Shown: positions 50,524-64,000 of the stretch, piece after piece
Numbering within the stretch: position 1 is the stretch's first letter
How the letters are laid out: every line of letters starts with the position of its first letter
Assembly (NCBI RefSeq): GCF_000315625.1
Contig: NW_005434671.1
Span: 700,188-764,187 of the forward strand
Source of the DNA: Guillardia theta CCMP2712
Taxonomy: Eukaryota > Protista > Cryptophyta
Direction: 5' to 3'
DNA: 64,000 nt
Notes under the pieces: generated by a model
The model's input: only the letters and a program-made list of their open reading frames with translations
What the model was told of the DNA's origin: nothing
Database searches by the model: none
Made by a program: the position numbers and the translations under genes

Positions 50524-51278
50524 GGAACTCCTGAGAAGGAGACGGGGAGGTTAATGAGAAGGAACAAGAAGGAGAAGGAGAAAGACAATACATCTCTTGA
50601 TCATCATTGCACCCATTCTTCTTGATCCCTGTCTCATTAACCACCGCAACCACCACCACTATCACCACTACCACCACCACCTTGTTCTTGTTCTCTCCCT
50701 ATTGCTATCTTCCTTTTTTGCTATATCCATCCACTAACTCATTATGATCTCCTTCTGCTTCTGATCCTACTTTTTCATCATTTCACTTTCGCTCTCGCTC
50801 TCGCTCCCCCTATCGCTTCCCCTCTCCCCCTCCCCCTCCCCCTCCCTCCCTCTCCCTCCATCAAAGTTTGCCTTCTGAGCGGATGCCCAACATAAAAAAA
50901 CCCTTTACGCAGAAATAAAAAAACTTTTTTCATTCACCCCACCCCTTTAGACTGAAGGAAGTGGGTACTTGATGGGGTGGGCAGGCCGGATGGGGGAGGT
51001 CCAAATACTGGACATGCATGTGGAGGGATGTGAAGGGCGATGGGAGCGAACGCGAGGAGAGGAGAGGGGAGAGAGGAGGAGAGAGAGGAGGAGAGAGATG
51101 AGAGGAGAGATGAGATGAGAGGAGAGACGAGAGACGAGAGAAAGAGAGCTTGATCGAGCTTGGTCGAGAAGGAGATAGAGACAACAGCGTCAGAGGTACG
51201 TACCAGGGGAACCAACGTGACAGGCCTCGTGCCTTCCACATCGAACTGCAGCAGGAGGTCTGATTCAAGGCGCTCCCA

Positions 51279-54200
51279 ATGGTCAGGGAGAGAGATTCTG
51301 ACATAGAGGAGGGAGCGGTGGCGTCTGGGGGAACCCACCTGGGAGGTCAGAACATGGTGAAGGAGGAAGAGGTATACGCACGTGGTGGTTCAACCGACGA
51401 GGGGGTGGGCGAGACGGCGAAGGCTCTTGTGAGCCCCAGGCACGTTTACGGCCTTCCTTCTCCCCAGGGCAACATCCGCTTGGTGGCAACCTTGCGACTT
51501 CCTCAGTCGGCATCATCGCAAGCAGAGAGGGGGGAAGGTGGGGAATGGGACGACGAGAGCAAGGAGCGGGTGGGGAAGGGAAGCGATCGGGAGTACCGGC
51601 ACCTCACCTGCGTGGACTGGAAGCCCTCGTCCTTCAATGATCTTCTCACCACCGCCAAGGTCATCGAGGACTTCCAGGGGTTCTCCCCCAAGTTCGTCGA
51701 GCTGGACCGGGACACTGATCTCAACGTCCCTCCTGGCTGGCTGGTGGACCCGTCCGCTTCCTTCCAGAGCCTCTCCGGCTGCGACTCGGCGCTGGTGTCC
51801 AGAGCTCTGGCTGACCTGCGCATCTCGGCAGAGTTGGCGGGAGTGAACTCAGACGACGCTGACTTCATCGCCTCGGACGCCACTATGAAGGCTATCTTTG
51901 CCCTTCCCTTCTCAGAGGCCAGCGTCAGCGTCACGGTCCACCGGGTCGACCAGTCGCTGATCTTCAGTGGGATCATAGGAGGGGATGTGAGGTCGATGAA
52001 GAAGAACGAGAGCTCGACGCTCTTTGAGGAGCAGGAGGAGGAGTGCGACCAAGGGCTGGGCAGCGGGAGAGGAGAGCCTGTGGACGAAGGCGACGAGGCC
52101 GAAGGCAGGAGGAGGCAGCGGGCTAGCGAGGACAGCTACCTGTTCTCAAACTTGATGTCCTACTCCATCTCCAGCAATAGCACAGACGAGGCGTCGACAG
52201 CAGTCGGGGAAGAGCTGGAGGAAGGGACCGTGGTCCCATCGCGGGAGGCCCAGGGCAGGCAGCGGCCTCAGCAGCATCTCGATTTGCCCATCTTCCAGGA
52301 GCACGAGGGCAGCAGCAGCAGCAGCGGCAGCAGAGATAGGAGGGTGCAGGACTTGCAAGGAGGACGCGCGAATTTCTTCCGCCGGGCCGTGCACTTCCAG
52401 TTCAACCAGCTGAACCTGCTGCTGGGCAGTGACACAGTCATCTTCAACAGGGGCCCCCGGAGGTCGAAGCTGAGCCTGAGGCTGGAGGACGCGGACGCGC
52501 AGGTGAATCAGCAGACGTGCTTGGACTACTGGCTGGACAACATCTTCAACAACCTGTCGGAGACGGCCGTGTGCTACCACAAGGAGGGGAGGGTGCACGG
52601 GTACCAGCTCGTGAGGACCGAGGAGATTCCAAAGTGGAGTGGTTTCTCCTTCGAGCCCAAGGCCGTGATGGAGAGCGCGTCTTCCATCCTCCAGTTCCTG
52701 CAGCAGAACTGCACCAAGGAAGCAGGGACGTACTGGCTATGCCGAGCCGAGGGAAGCGACGAGCTGCAGCTCTTCTGCCTCGACGACGCGGACAACAAGC
52801 ACCGCAACGCTCTCTCCCAGCCCGTCGGCCTACTCTGCTTCCGCATCGCGCGCAAGCTGCAGCAGCGTGACCGGGAGGCGATCGAGGAAGGAGGAGCGTC
52901 AAAGCACAGGCAGAGGACGGCAAGGCTCTTCCTCAACGCCCTAACTGTCCTGGACGAGACTCTGCACGCGGCGACCGTCTGCCTGTGCCACGAGGGGCTG
53001 GCAGACGCCATGGTCGGGGCCGAGTGGCTGCCGGAGAGCGAGGGGATGGTGCCGAGCGAGGGAGAGTTCTACGTGGACGAGAACGGAGACCTGCAAGAGT
53101 CGTACCGTCGTCCCCGCAGGGAGGACGAGGGCAACTTTCGACCCAACGTGGGGGACACGGCGGAGTGGGGGGCAGGATATTCCCTGCCAGACCTGGAGAA
53201 CGCGGAGGCGCACTACAGTGAGGCGCTGAAGATGATGGATGGACGCCACGGGGGGAGGGAGGAGGAGGAGGGGGGGGAGGAGGAGGCCAGGAGACTGAGG
53301 ACGCTGCGGCGTCTGAGGTGCAAGGCATCCAAGTGCGGCATCGCCATCGGGCTGCGACTGCTGAAGAGAGGGGACCTCCCCAACGCGCTCATGCGCTCCG
53401 TGAGCGCGTACAAGAGGTGCGTCAGGGGGCAGAGCAGGGAGGAGGAGGAGATTGTGAGCGAGGCGATGGAGCTCTGGGCGGACATCCACGAGGCTCTTTG
53501 CGGGCTGTCGGTGGAGAGGGTGAAGAGGCTGAGGGGTCAGCTGGTAGAGGTGCAGGAGGAGGAGCGGGTGCTTCACTTTGGGGACTTCGAAACCCTGGGC
53601 TGCTGGAAAGGGAGCAAGGGGGAGGAGGACGAGCAAGGGACGGACCTGACACCGCTGTCGCATCCCCTCAGCTCGGACCTGGAGGACAACTGCAACCACG
53701 CGATCCGCTACCTCATCCGTGCCATCCAGCACTGCCACACCCACAGCAGGAGGAGTGACCTGATGGTGAAGCTCGGTAGCGTCTACGAGAAGCTCGGGGA
53801 GCACTACACGGGCACCGGGCGGTTCACCCGAGCTCACCAGCACTACCGGCAGGGGATGCAGCTGTTCCAGTCCATCGGAGACAGCCACTCCTCCTCCGCC
53901 CTCGCCTTCAAGCTCGGCAAGCTCTTCTCTGCTCGCTCGCACTCGTCGCCTCCTCTCCCGGGCCTGTCGCCCGAGCAGCTCAACGACCTCTGCCGCGCGC
54001 GGGGCCTCGTGCAGGCAGCACGGGATGAGATCGAGAAGCTGGCGAGCTCTCCTTCGGCCCTCTCAAACAAGCGGATGAAGTCACTGAGGTGAGGGAGAGT
54101 AGGGGGAGGCGCAGGGCAAGGGGAGGGCAAGCAACGGGGGAAGGGGAGTGCAGGGAAGGGGAGGGGAGGGGAGGGAAGGGAAGGGGAGGGGAAGGGGAGG

Positions 54201-56183
54201 GGAGGGGAGGGGAGGGGAGGGGAGGGATCTGGTAGGATGACTCATATGATGTCAGGGAACTTCTTTTGAGCGTCAAGGAAGAGCTTGCAGACATAGGTCA
54301 ATCCTCCTCCTCCTACCCCTGCTCCTCTTCCTCCTCCACCACCACCTGCTCCTCCTCCTCCTCCTCCTCCTCCTCCTCCTCCTCCATCACCTCCTGGTCT
54401 CACTTTTCTTTGCAGACATGGCGCTAGGGGTTGGCAAACTTCATGCTCCTCAGAGTCCTAAGATCGGGTTTCCCTTCGCAGCCCTCACTCCTAAGAATGT
54501 AGAGAAGCTTTGTCCTTAACCACTTCTTCCTCTACCTCCTCTCCCGCCTCCCCTCCCGACTCCCTTCCCGCCTCCTCTACCTACAATCTTTTCTCTCTTC
54601 CTAGTACCGGTCCTTCATCCTCCATTCTTTTCTCCCAGTCCTCATTCTCATCGGGTGTTGTTGCAGGAGGACCCGACCGACGAGGAGGCGATTCGCTCTG
54701 ATCGCGCAGACGTCTGCTTGCTGCGAGCTCTGGCTGTCTACGAGAGCCTCTCCCATCCCCAAGCCTTCGCTGCCCACATCTACTTGTCCTCCTTCATGCT
54801 CAAGGTCTGCGGGCGAACCATTCTGCCCCTCCCTCTCCCGCTCCTCCTCCTCCACTATCACCACCACCTCCTCCAACACCACCTAGGGATCCTCCTCCTA
54901 CTCAAGATCCTCCTCCATCTCCTGAGCTTCTCATCGCACTTTGTCAGGTGGAGATGGAAGTGTCCGAGGCCATCAAGTCTTGTGGAGCAGGGGAGGAGAA
55001 GTCGCTCCTACGCACCCGCAAGGTTCTACTCTCCTGCTTTCTCGCCTTGGCTTGCTGGCTGACAGATCGCAGACTTGGAGGCAGAGGGCAGCTCGCCACA
55101 TGCTGCAAGCAAGGGCGTTGGCGCCCAGCATGGCTGAGCAGGTAGAGGCAGGACGAGGGGCGCGGGAGGAAGAGGGAGGCCATGGTGGTGGTCATAAAGA
55201 ATGAGGAGAAGGAAGTAGTGTTGTGGGGGGGGGGGGGGGGTGTAAAAGAAAAAACGGGGAATTTGTTGGGGAAAAGGGGGGGGAAGAGTAANNNNNNNNN
55301 NNNNNNNNNNNNNNNNNNNNNNNNNNNNNNNNNNNNNNNNNNNNNNNNNNNNNNNNNNNNNNNNNNNNNNNNNNNNNNNNNNNNNNNNNNNNNNNNNNNN
55401 NNNNNNNNNNNNNNNNNNNNNNNNNNNNNNNNNNNNNNNNNNNNNNNNNNNNNNNNNNNNNNNNNNNNNNNNNNNNNNNNNNNNNNNNNNNNNNNNNNNN
55501 NNNNNNNNNNNNNNNNNNNNNNNNNNNNNNNNNNNNNNNNNNNNNNNNNNNNNNNNNNNNNNNNNNNNNNNNNNNNNNNNNNNNNNNNNNNNNNNNNNNN
55601 NNNNNNNNNNNNNNNNNNNNNNNNNNNNNNNNNNNNNNNNNNNNNNNNNNNNNNNNNNCACATTCTGTCACACTCTGTCTCTGTCTCTGTCTCTGTCTCT
55701 TCCTCCCTCCCCCCTCCCTCCCCCCACTCCCCCTCTATTCCTTCTCTCTTCTCTTCTCCTCTCCCCCCTTCTTCTTTCCTTCCCTCCTCTCTATTCCCTC
55801 CTCTCTCTCTTCTCTCCTCTAACTGTTCCTTCAGATCTTCAATTGCGACGACGCGGAGACTGTCGGGGAGGACGAGATGCTGCTGCGAGCTGCTGCCAAG
55901 CATGCTACCTTTGTGAGAGTTTGCGGGATGACTGTCATTTCCCTGACCCTTCCCAGCTGCTGATGGAGCTGATCCGCGACCAACTCGCCCACCGCAACCT
56001 CCAGCTCGTCGAGCGCTACAAGTCGCTCTTCCGCAGCGCCCTGACCCTCTCCCAGGCATCGGGCAGGCAGTTCCTCAGGGTGAGACCCGACCGTGCCCAG
56101 CTCTGCTCCAGCTGACTCTCATGCAGGACCTCGCGACCCTCCACTCTCAGCTTTCGTCGTCGTCGGGCAGCTGCGCGACTTGA
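51279..56183 (+). CDS. EDRF1: Erythroid differentiation-related factor 1 (EDRF1) homolog, multi-exon, spans the assembly gap
   Basis: LLLGSDTVIF...CLDYWLDNIFNNLSETAVCYHKEGRVHGYQLVRTEEIP...SILQFLQQNCTKEAGTYWLCRAEGSDELQLF is the EDRF1 N-terminal domain, followed by a TPR-like region. Putative stop at 56181-56183. Confidence 0.82.
55292..55658. other. Assembly gap (367 N)
   Basis: Run of n, flanked by G-rich and CT-rich low-complexity intron sequence. Confidence 1.
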
Positions 56184-56362
56184 GCTGAACGAGCACGAGA
56201 GCTCTTGCTCACAGGTTAGACGTGGGAGAGATCGAGGAGGGAGCGGAGGCGTATACACACATATCAACCTGTAGAAGAGACCAACGCTCATGTACAACAA
56301 AAGTATTTAGAGATTGTTCACTTTAATCCACCTAGAGCTCTTCAAAACCTCCATTAACGTCC

Positions 56363-57943
<1,581 letters not shown>

Positions 57944-58057
57944 CGTAGGAGAGTGCCGTCCGGGTGAGATACAACCACTTGACTGCTCTGAATGGCCCCT
58001 GCACAAGGCAAACAATGAGCTTGCTTCAAACGTTGTCCGTGTCTACGTTAGATGATT

Positions 58058-58067
58058 CGCGCCAAAA
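58058..58067 (-). promoter_or_regulatory. Possible E2F site upstream of RUVBL2
   Basis: TTTTGGCGCG on the minus strand, about 115 bp upstream of the ATG; matches the TTTSSCGC consensus. Single short motif. Confidence 0.3.
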
Positions 58068-58300
58068 TTCAGGGAGATAATCGCTGTACAACATCATCCA
58101 CCAAGCACACAGAAGATAATTGAGTATGACTTTGTGCTTTTTTAGCCGTTGGTGGTCATTCCAACTGCTCGCTCTCGAAAACATCGATTCGCAACAGTAA
58201 TGGCAAAGTGAAGCTACATAAGCATTAAAGACACGCATCTATCTTATAGTAACGGTTATTGCCCCTGCTCTTCCTTTCACCAAAGTGAGCAAGCAGGCAG

Positions 58301-58380
58301 GCTGAAGGGCTTTTGTGCGATGACCGGGAGAAGGACACGTGCTGAAGGGCTTTTGTGCGATGACCGGGAGAAGGACACGT
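58301..58380 (+). repeat. Perfect 40-bp tandem duplication
   Basis: gctgaagggcttttgtgcgatgaccgggagaaggacacgt x2. Confidence 0.95.
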
Positions 58381-58544
58381 GACAGCATACAACAAGACAA
58401 GAGCAGCATGAGGCTATGAGCTGAAGATCTTGGAACGATCATGATGAGTTGAAGAAGGGAGAAAACACAACAGCAACATGTTGGACGGCCACATGGCTAA
58501 CGCAGGCGCAGCAGCGGCATGCCAGAGGAGGGGCGGGAATTCTG

Positions 58545-59790
58545 CAGGACCCTACCCACACAAGAACCCTACCCACGAATGCATTACAGTACCCCTTCAC
58601 TGTACCCCCGGACAAGTATCCCACCTGATCATATCTCTCAATGTACCTACCCACAGTATTATTTACCCTACCCCAACGATTTTTCACCCTCAAAAATTAC
58701 CAAAAAGTACCCCCAAAAGGACCTTGTTGTGAACTTCAGGACCTATCCTGATCAAACGGACCCACCTTCTCTCGGACCCCCACCTACTCTCTCGACAAAG
58801 TACCCTCAATCCACCTCCAAATAAATCCACCCACCCTGTGAAAGCATAGCGATCCTCACGTTCTTCTGTGATGCAGGGGTAGGGTATCGCCAGTACCCAC
58901 CAACCGAAACTGAAAGGGATGGAGAGGGTATACCCCTTCATCATCACGCTATACCCCCCCTTATCCCTATAATGATAACTGAATTGAACGGGTGTTAAAG
59001 TACCCCTACCTACCAGGAAAAAGGATGCTTCTGAGATGCAAGTTCTCCCGCTAGAAAACTGCAAGTGCCAGGCCATTCAGCTAGTCATGGAGTTCTAGAT
59101 TCGGCCGGGCCACCCGGTCACCGCACGGCAGTGTCACCCGAGTCACAGCCGCTGAGCACGGTCGGCTTAGACCAAAACTTGAATTAGACCGTCACTCTGC
59201 ATACACAGGCTCAGGAGTCCGACCGTCTGCACTCACGGAGGCTCTGCACTGGCCAGGCCCGGGGCCCGGCCTTTCGAGTTGCCAGGCTCAGTCACCGGGC
59301 GAACCGTTCCGAGAACTCGGAAGCGGCCCGGCCCTTGCGGGGCGGCGGCGCCTGCGTGACTTGTTAACTTGAACCGTGTGTCCGGTGACGCCCGATCACT
59401 GAAGCTTGAAGGAAACTCGGAATACTACCGGAACTTAGGCTCAGTGAAATGTTGAATCGCAGCCTGGCACCCGGCATCAGAAGACTGGCAGATGATTACA
59501 GTAAGGTGACTCAGTCTCGTGGCAATGCAACGGACTGCAGTGAGCCCCGGGTACCGGGCCCGAGTCAGGGCCCGGCGGCCCAGTGACCGGCCCGGCACCG
59601 GGCCGGGCCCGTCGGCGTCACTCACAGTGAGACCCCGGCCCCGGGACCGTCCTACTCTATTCAAGGCTTTATCACCCGTCGTCAAAGAGACCATACCGGT
59701 TTATCTGTGGTAAATACTAGGGGTAGGGGTGGTGTAAAGACCCTCAGAAACAAGGACCCCCCACTTTGAGGTATAGTACCCTACCGAACT
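58545..59790. repeat. Composite intergenic element: TACCC-rich arm, CpG palindromic core, GGGTA-rich arm
   Basis: 58545-59010 TACCC/ACCC-rich; 59100-59650 CCGG/CAGT/GAGTCA words; 59715-59790 GGGGTAGGGGT. Lies between divergent RUVBL2 and patatin genes. Confidence 0.55.
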
Positions 59791-60215
59791 CATTCTCCCG
59801 GCCGCAGGCGGTGGGAATGGCGTCCTAGTGTGTCGAAGCGGAGGGAACGGGAAGGAAGCGACGATGGAAAACCATCGGCGTTGAGGAGAATGAGAGAGAG
59901 GAAAAAGTAGCTGGTCTGTCTTTCTGCCGGGACGAATTCTGGGGACCATGAAGGAGGGAGGAGGGAAGTTGCTAGGCACAAAGTCAAGAGGCTTCCGATA
60001 GTGGCTTGCTCTACTGATGCTGAGGAGCGAGAGTGGCGTCTACCAAGTTACCTCTCGTGAGTTCGAGTGATTTCCTTGTGGAAGATCTGTTCCTTATGCC
60101 GTCTCACGTCCGAATTTTGGGGCTTCGAGGCAAGGCCCCGCGCGGTGACCCCGAGCACAACAAGTCCATGCTTCAATACTCCTCTTCTCGATATGATACC
60201 ACGGCGAGCTCGGGG

Positions 60216-63200
60216 ATGACGACTCTTCTCCTCTTCTGTCTCTTTGCACACGTGTCCTGGGCATTCCATTCTGTAACTACCCCTGCGACGTTCAGCGCAC
60301 CGGGGCCGCACAGAGGCTTGCAACACTTGCGTTGCACCTCCATGCGGCGCCGGTACCGGCCGAGAGTTGACATGAGGGCGGTCTCCTCAGAGGTTCAGAA
60401 GACAGGCGATGCAGAGAATCATGAGGATCGCTCTAGTTCGAATCACACAGCGACGCTGAGGCGACCATGGACTTGGACCTCGGTGACCGGCGTTGTTGGG
60501 AACGCGGTGCAAGGGATCCAGACTAACTATTCTTTCTCCTTCTGGCCCAACTCGACCATATCGATCTCCCCTGTCAATCCCGTGAACTGGACGGGGAGGA
60601 GCTTCATTCCAGGGGTCGGTTACGTCACGAGGACTTCAGGCAATCTGTGGAGAAACGCTGTAAACTGGACTCTCGGGAGGCGGAGCAGGCCCATTCCTGT
60701 TCGATCAGTGTCGGAGCTCGAGGGGCTCTTGAAGCAAGGCGTCTCGATACATCGCATGGACGTCAGGGGAAAGTCGCAACCCTGGAGGCAGAACGAAAGG
60801 GGCGAGCTGCTGGAGGCTTCCCTGGAAGAGCTCATCTCGGAGGGCAGGGCGGACGGTCGAAAGCGACAGTTCCAGCACCCTGTGCTGCGTGCGATCTGGA
60901 ACCGAGTGAGAGAGAAGTCGAAACCTGGGGCGAGGACGGACAACTACAAGATTGCTCTTGCGATCGAGGGGGGGGGCCTTCGGGGGAGCGTCCCAGCAGG
61001 GATGGCAGCGGCGATTTCTTACCTGGGGCTCGGAGATGCGTTCGACATGGTGCTGGGATCGTCCGCTGGCTCCATCATAGGATCCTACTTTGTCGCGAGA
61101 ACCGATGCCGACAGTCACTGTCAGATCACCTACGAGTTCTTCTGCAACCATCTGACGACGTCGAGGGAGAAGCTCAACGGGACGAACTGGCTCGACATGG
61201 GGAGGCTCATCGATTTGTTTGCACCTTCTTCCAACCAGCAATCCAAGAGTGCGGTGATGGTGATGTCCCTCATTCCTTGTTGTTGCTCCGTGCAAGTCTG
61301 ATGCTCTCTGGCAGGTCCTGGACTATCCCATGAAGACCATCATGCAAGAGATGCTCCCGGTCAACTGGACCTCTTTCAAGGCAAGGAACGACAGGCAGCC
61401 TCTGAAAGTGATCGCGACAGGGCTGTTCTCGGAGGGACCGGTTGTTCTTGGCTCCGAAGAGGGGAGCTTTGATGACCTGGCATCCCTCTGTGAATGTGTC
61501 AAGGCTTCCTGCATGCTGCCTGGGGTAGCTGGAGTTCAGCCCCCGTGGCTGAAGGGAAGCTCGGCCAAGAGTCAGGATCAGCTGAGAAAGGGGCACGAGA
61601 AGTGGCTCAAGCAGGAGCTGAGCCGATCGATCTGGGCACGTGCGAGGCAAGCATTCATGAAGCAGGTGAGCCTGCGAGCGGTGGATGGTGGTTGAGAGGT
61701 GAAGGAAATCGCAGGTCAAACAACGTCGGCGAATGTCATGGGTTTTCGACCTGGTCAACCAGGGTGACCGCAGGACGAGGGAGCAAGAGGGCATCAACCA
61801 CATGTACCTCTCCCTCCTGCTTCAGCGATGATGGAGAATGATTCTTGTTGTCGCAGGGAGATGAGGACTGCTCTAGAGGAGATCGGTCTCCGCCCCACAG
61901 ATGAGGAGCTGGAGTACCTGTACAACAAGGCAGACTCCAACGGCGATGGCCTTCTTGACCTCCTTGAGTTTCGAGACATGGTCTACTGGCTGGTCGCTCA
62001 GGACGCTTGGATCAAGAACGATGGCTTCGGCCTGTCCGACATGGAGCCCATGGTGGACGCTCTCGTCTACGAGCCCATCCCCTACAGGTCGGCGATCGAC
62101 TACGGCTGCACCCACGTCCTGGTCCTCCGGTCGTTCCCCGACGGCAAGCCGATGCCCAAGAGCCTGCTCGGACTCTTCGAGCGGCTCGTAGCTCCCAAGT
62201 GCCTCGATCCGTTTCCCAGCGTCAAGTATCACCTTCAGAGCGCCGGGCACTCCGTCATCTACGCCAGGGATCTCCTCCGCCTCAACGAAGCTGTCTCTCC
62301 ACCGAGCACGGACCCGGATGACGTTCAGGTCCGTTGAGGTCGCGTTGCATCCGTTCTGACTCCCGGGGCAGATGGACGATGCGCGAGACGTCGGGAGGAT
62401 CATCGCGGTCCAGGCGGCCAACTGGGCTGGGATCTCGTCCATGGAGATGTTTGACGCCATGCACCCGATGCCTTCCTCGACTCACTTGTTCGCCGTCGCC
62501 CCTCTTGACACGGACGGAAACGTGAGGAGGTGGAAGGGAATGTCTGGAGACGTTGACCCCGGTCGCAGGCCTTGTCGTCCCTGGAGCTCAACCGAGATGC
62601 TCTCTTGCGAGGGATCATGCAAGGATTCGCTCGAGCCTACGATGTCTTGGTCCCTGATGACCATCCGAGTCATTCATCAGGCGATCAAGTGGCCAAAGAG
62701 ATCTTTCTCCCCATCCACTACCGCTTCCTGCATCAACTCTCTGAGCAGGTAAACACGTTCCGTGGCCCTTTCTTTGTCTTGTATGCTTCATCCTATTCTT
62801 CGTGGCTTCCCTTGATGGCCTAAACCTCTTCTCTCCCCTGCTGTATCATCGTCGACGAGCAGCTGCTCACCAGCAAGCAGGACTCCTCGGTCAAGAAGGG
62901 GACGCAGCTCTTCACCGTGTCTGGGTCGCAGACGGCCAAGGACATCAGGGATTCCCCTAGGTACGACGGAGAATGGGGAGAAGTTTTGATGCTTACCCTG
63001 CACCACAGCGGGGAGCGGGTGGGCAAGGCGGTCCCGTCGGCGTGGGAGGAGGGTGTGCACTACAAGATGGCGTCGTCGAACAAGCTCGAGCACAACGAGC
63101 TGGTGGTGGTGCAGCGCAGCGACGGGTCCCTGCGGTTCGCGCAGGTGGAGGGCTTCGTCAAGGGGTCCTGCATCCTCCGAGTGGGTACCAGCGCAGATAA

Positions 63201-63426
63201 GGGAGGCATCCTCTTCCGGATGGAGCCCGTGGAGAAGGTAGGGAAGATCTGCGTGGAGGAGTGGACATGGGATCAGCAGGAGGAGGGAAGGTTCTGGTCG
63301 TTCCCATGGAGATGGAACGCTGATCACCAGCTGCAGCGGAGCCCTCCGGTGCGGTGGAACCTGAGGCCCTGGGTTGTAAATAGGAGGGAGAAGAAGAACA
63401 CCAGCGCGACGGGAGTGGAGCGATGA
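60216..63426 (+). CDS. Patatin-like phospholipase with EF-hand insert, probably plastid-targeted, multi-exon
   Basis: Oxyanion motif ALAIEGGGLRG, nucleophile VLGSSAGS, KASCMLPGVAG, catalytic Asp variant MVDALVYEPIP, EF loop ADSNGDGLLDLLEF; leader MTTLLLFCLFAHVSWA-FHSVTT. Confidence 0.85.
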
Positions 63427-63634
63427 CGCTGGCAGCTTCAGGAAGCAGGGCAGGAGGTACGTCATTGCGAGCGGCAAGACGGGGAGCTGGACTGAGCTGG
63501 AGCTGGACTGAGCTGGAGTCCGGGTGGCAGGGGAGGAGAGGCAGCCGGGAGCAAATTTTTGGTTTCTTATGAATTTGGCCTTCAATATTCTTGCGATGTT
63601 TTAAACACGGTTTTAAAAGTCGCGAGCGCGCCCC

Positions 63635-64000
63635 TCACCCCAGCGAGCTCTCATTGGGAACAGCTCCCTTGCAGAGCTTCATGAAGTACTTCTGCGCATG
63701 CGTGCGCACCTGGGTGACGCTCCTGGTCCCCACGTAGCTCGCGATGTCCTGCGCGTTCCCGTAGCCGAAGATCTTCATGGCCTCCAGGAACCGCTCGTGC
63801 TCCTGCTCCGTCCAGAACCTCGAGCGGCTCTGCCCCTCCGGCCCCTTGGGGCTCTGGAGCTTCTTCCCCTGCCCGCTGGCATTGCTCTGCATGCCCAAGG
63901 AACTGGTAGAGGACACTCGGGAGAGGCCCTGCATATCGAAGGCGGAAGGGTTGGCGCAGTCTCCGTAGGGGAGGGACGACAAATCGATCCCTCCTGGCAG
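63635..64000 (-). CDS. SHAQKYF-class single-repeat Myb transcription factor (5' part may lie outside the window)
   Basis: RFWTEQEHERFLEAMKIFGYGNAQDIASYVGTRSVTQVRTHAQKYFMKL. Confidence 0.9.
   Translation of the reverse strand: MPGGIDLSSLPYGDCANPSAFDMQGLSRVSSTSSLGMQSNASGQGKKLQSPKGPEGQSRSRFWTEQEHERFLEAMKIFGYGNAQDIASYVGTRSVTQVRTHAQKYFMKLCKGAVPNESSLG

Noticed and set aside
52941-53942. 333-aa minus-strand ORF and similar overlapping ORFs
   Set aside because: Antisense shadow of the EDRF1 coding exon.
54944-56059. ORFs containing long X runs
   Set aside because: Artefacts of translating through the N gap.

Overview
Eukaryotic nuclear DNA, gene-dense, with many very short (about 40-60 nt) spliceosomal introns that often have a CTGAC-type branch point. 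This style, plus a signal-peptide+Phe bipartite plastid leader, fits a cryptophyte alga such as Guillardia theta (inference, not verified). About 20 protein-coding genes can be supported: an NHL beta-propeller, a giant PX+TPR protein, a microbial rhodopsin lacking the retinal-binding lysine, a golgin/AKAP9-like coiled-coil protein, kynureninase, two EF-hand proteins, CCDC97, a Zn2Cys6-like factor, a VWA/Cache alpha2delta-like membrane protein, an HNH-like protein, a Myb/SANT protein, an ARM/HEAT protein, CutA, EDRF1, RUVBL2, a patatin-like lipase with an EF-hand insert and a SHAQKYF-class Myb. A 4.9-kb Mutator-like (MULE) transposon with both ends present (28-bp TIRs, 9-bp TSD CTCCTACAC) lies 20 bp upstream of the CCDC97 start codon. 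It has lost its DDE core but keeps an intact Ulp1/SENP protease. Intergenic regions repeatedly carry CpG-rich blocks built from a small set of palindromic words, and TACCC/GGGTA blocks. One assembly gap (55292-55658). No rRNA, tRNA or CRISPR seen. Exon joins were made by eye, so gene ends are approximate where stated.
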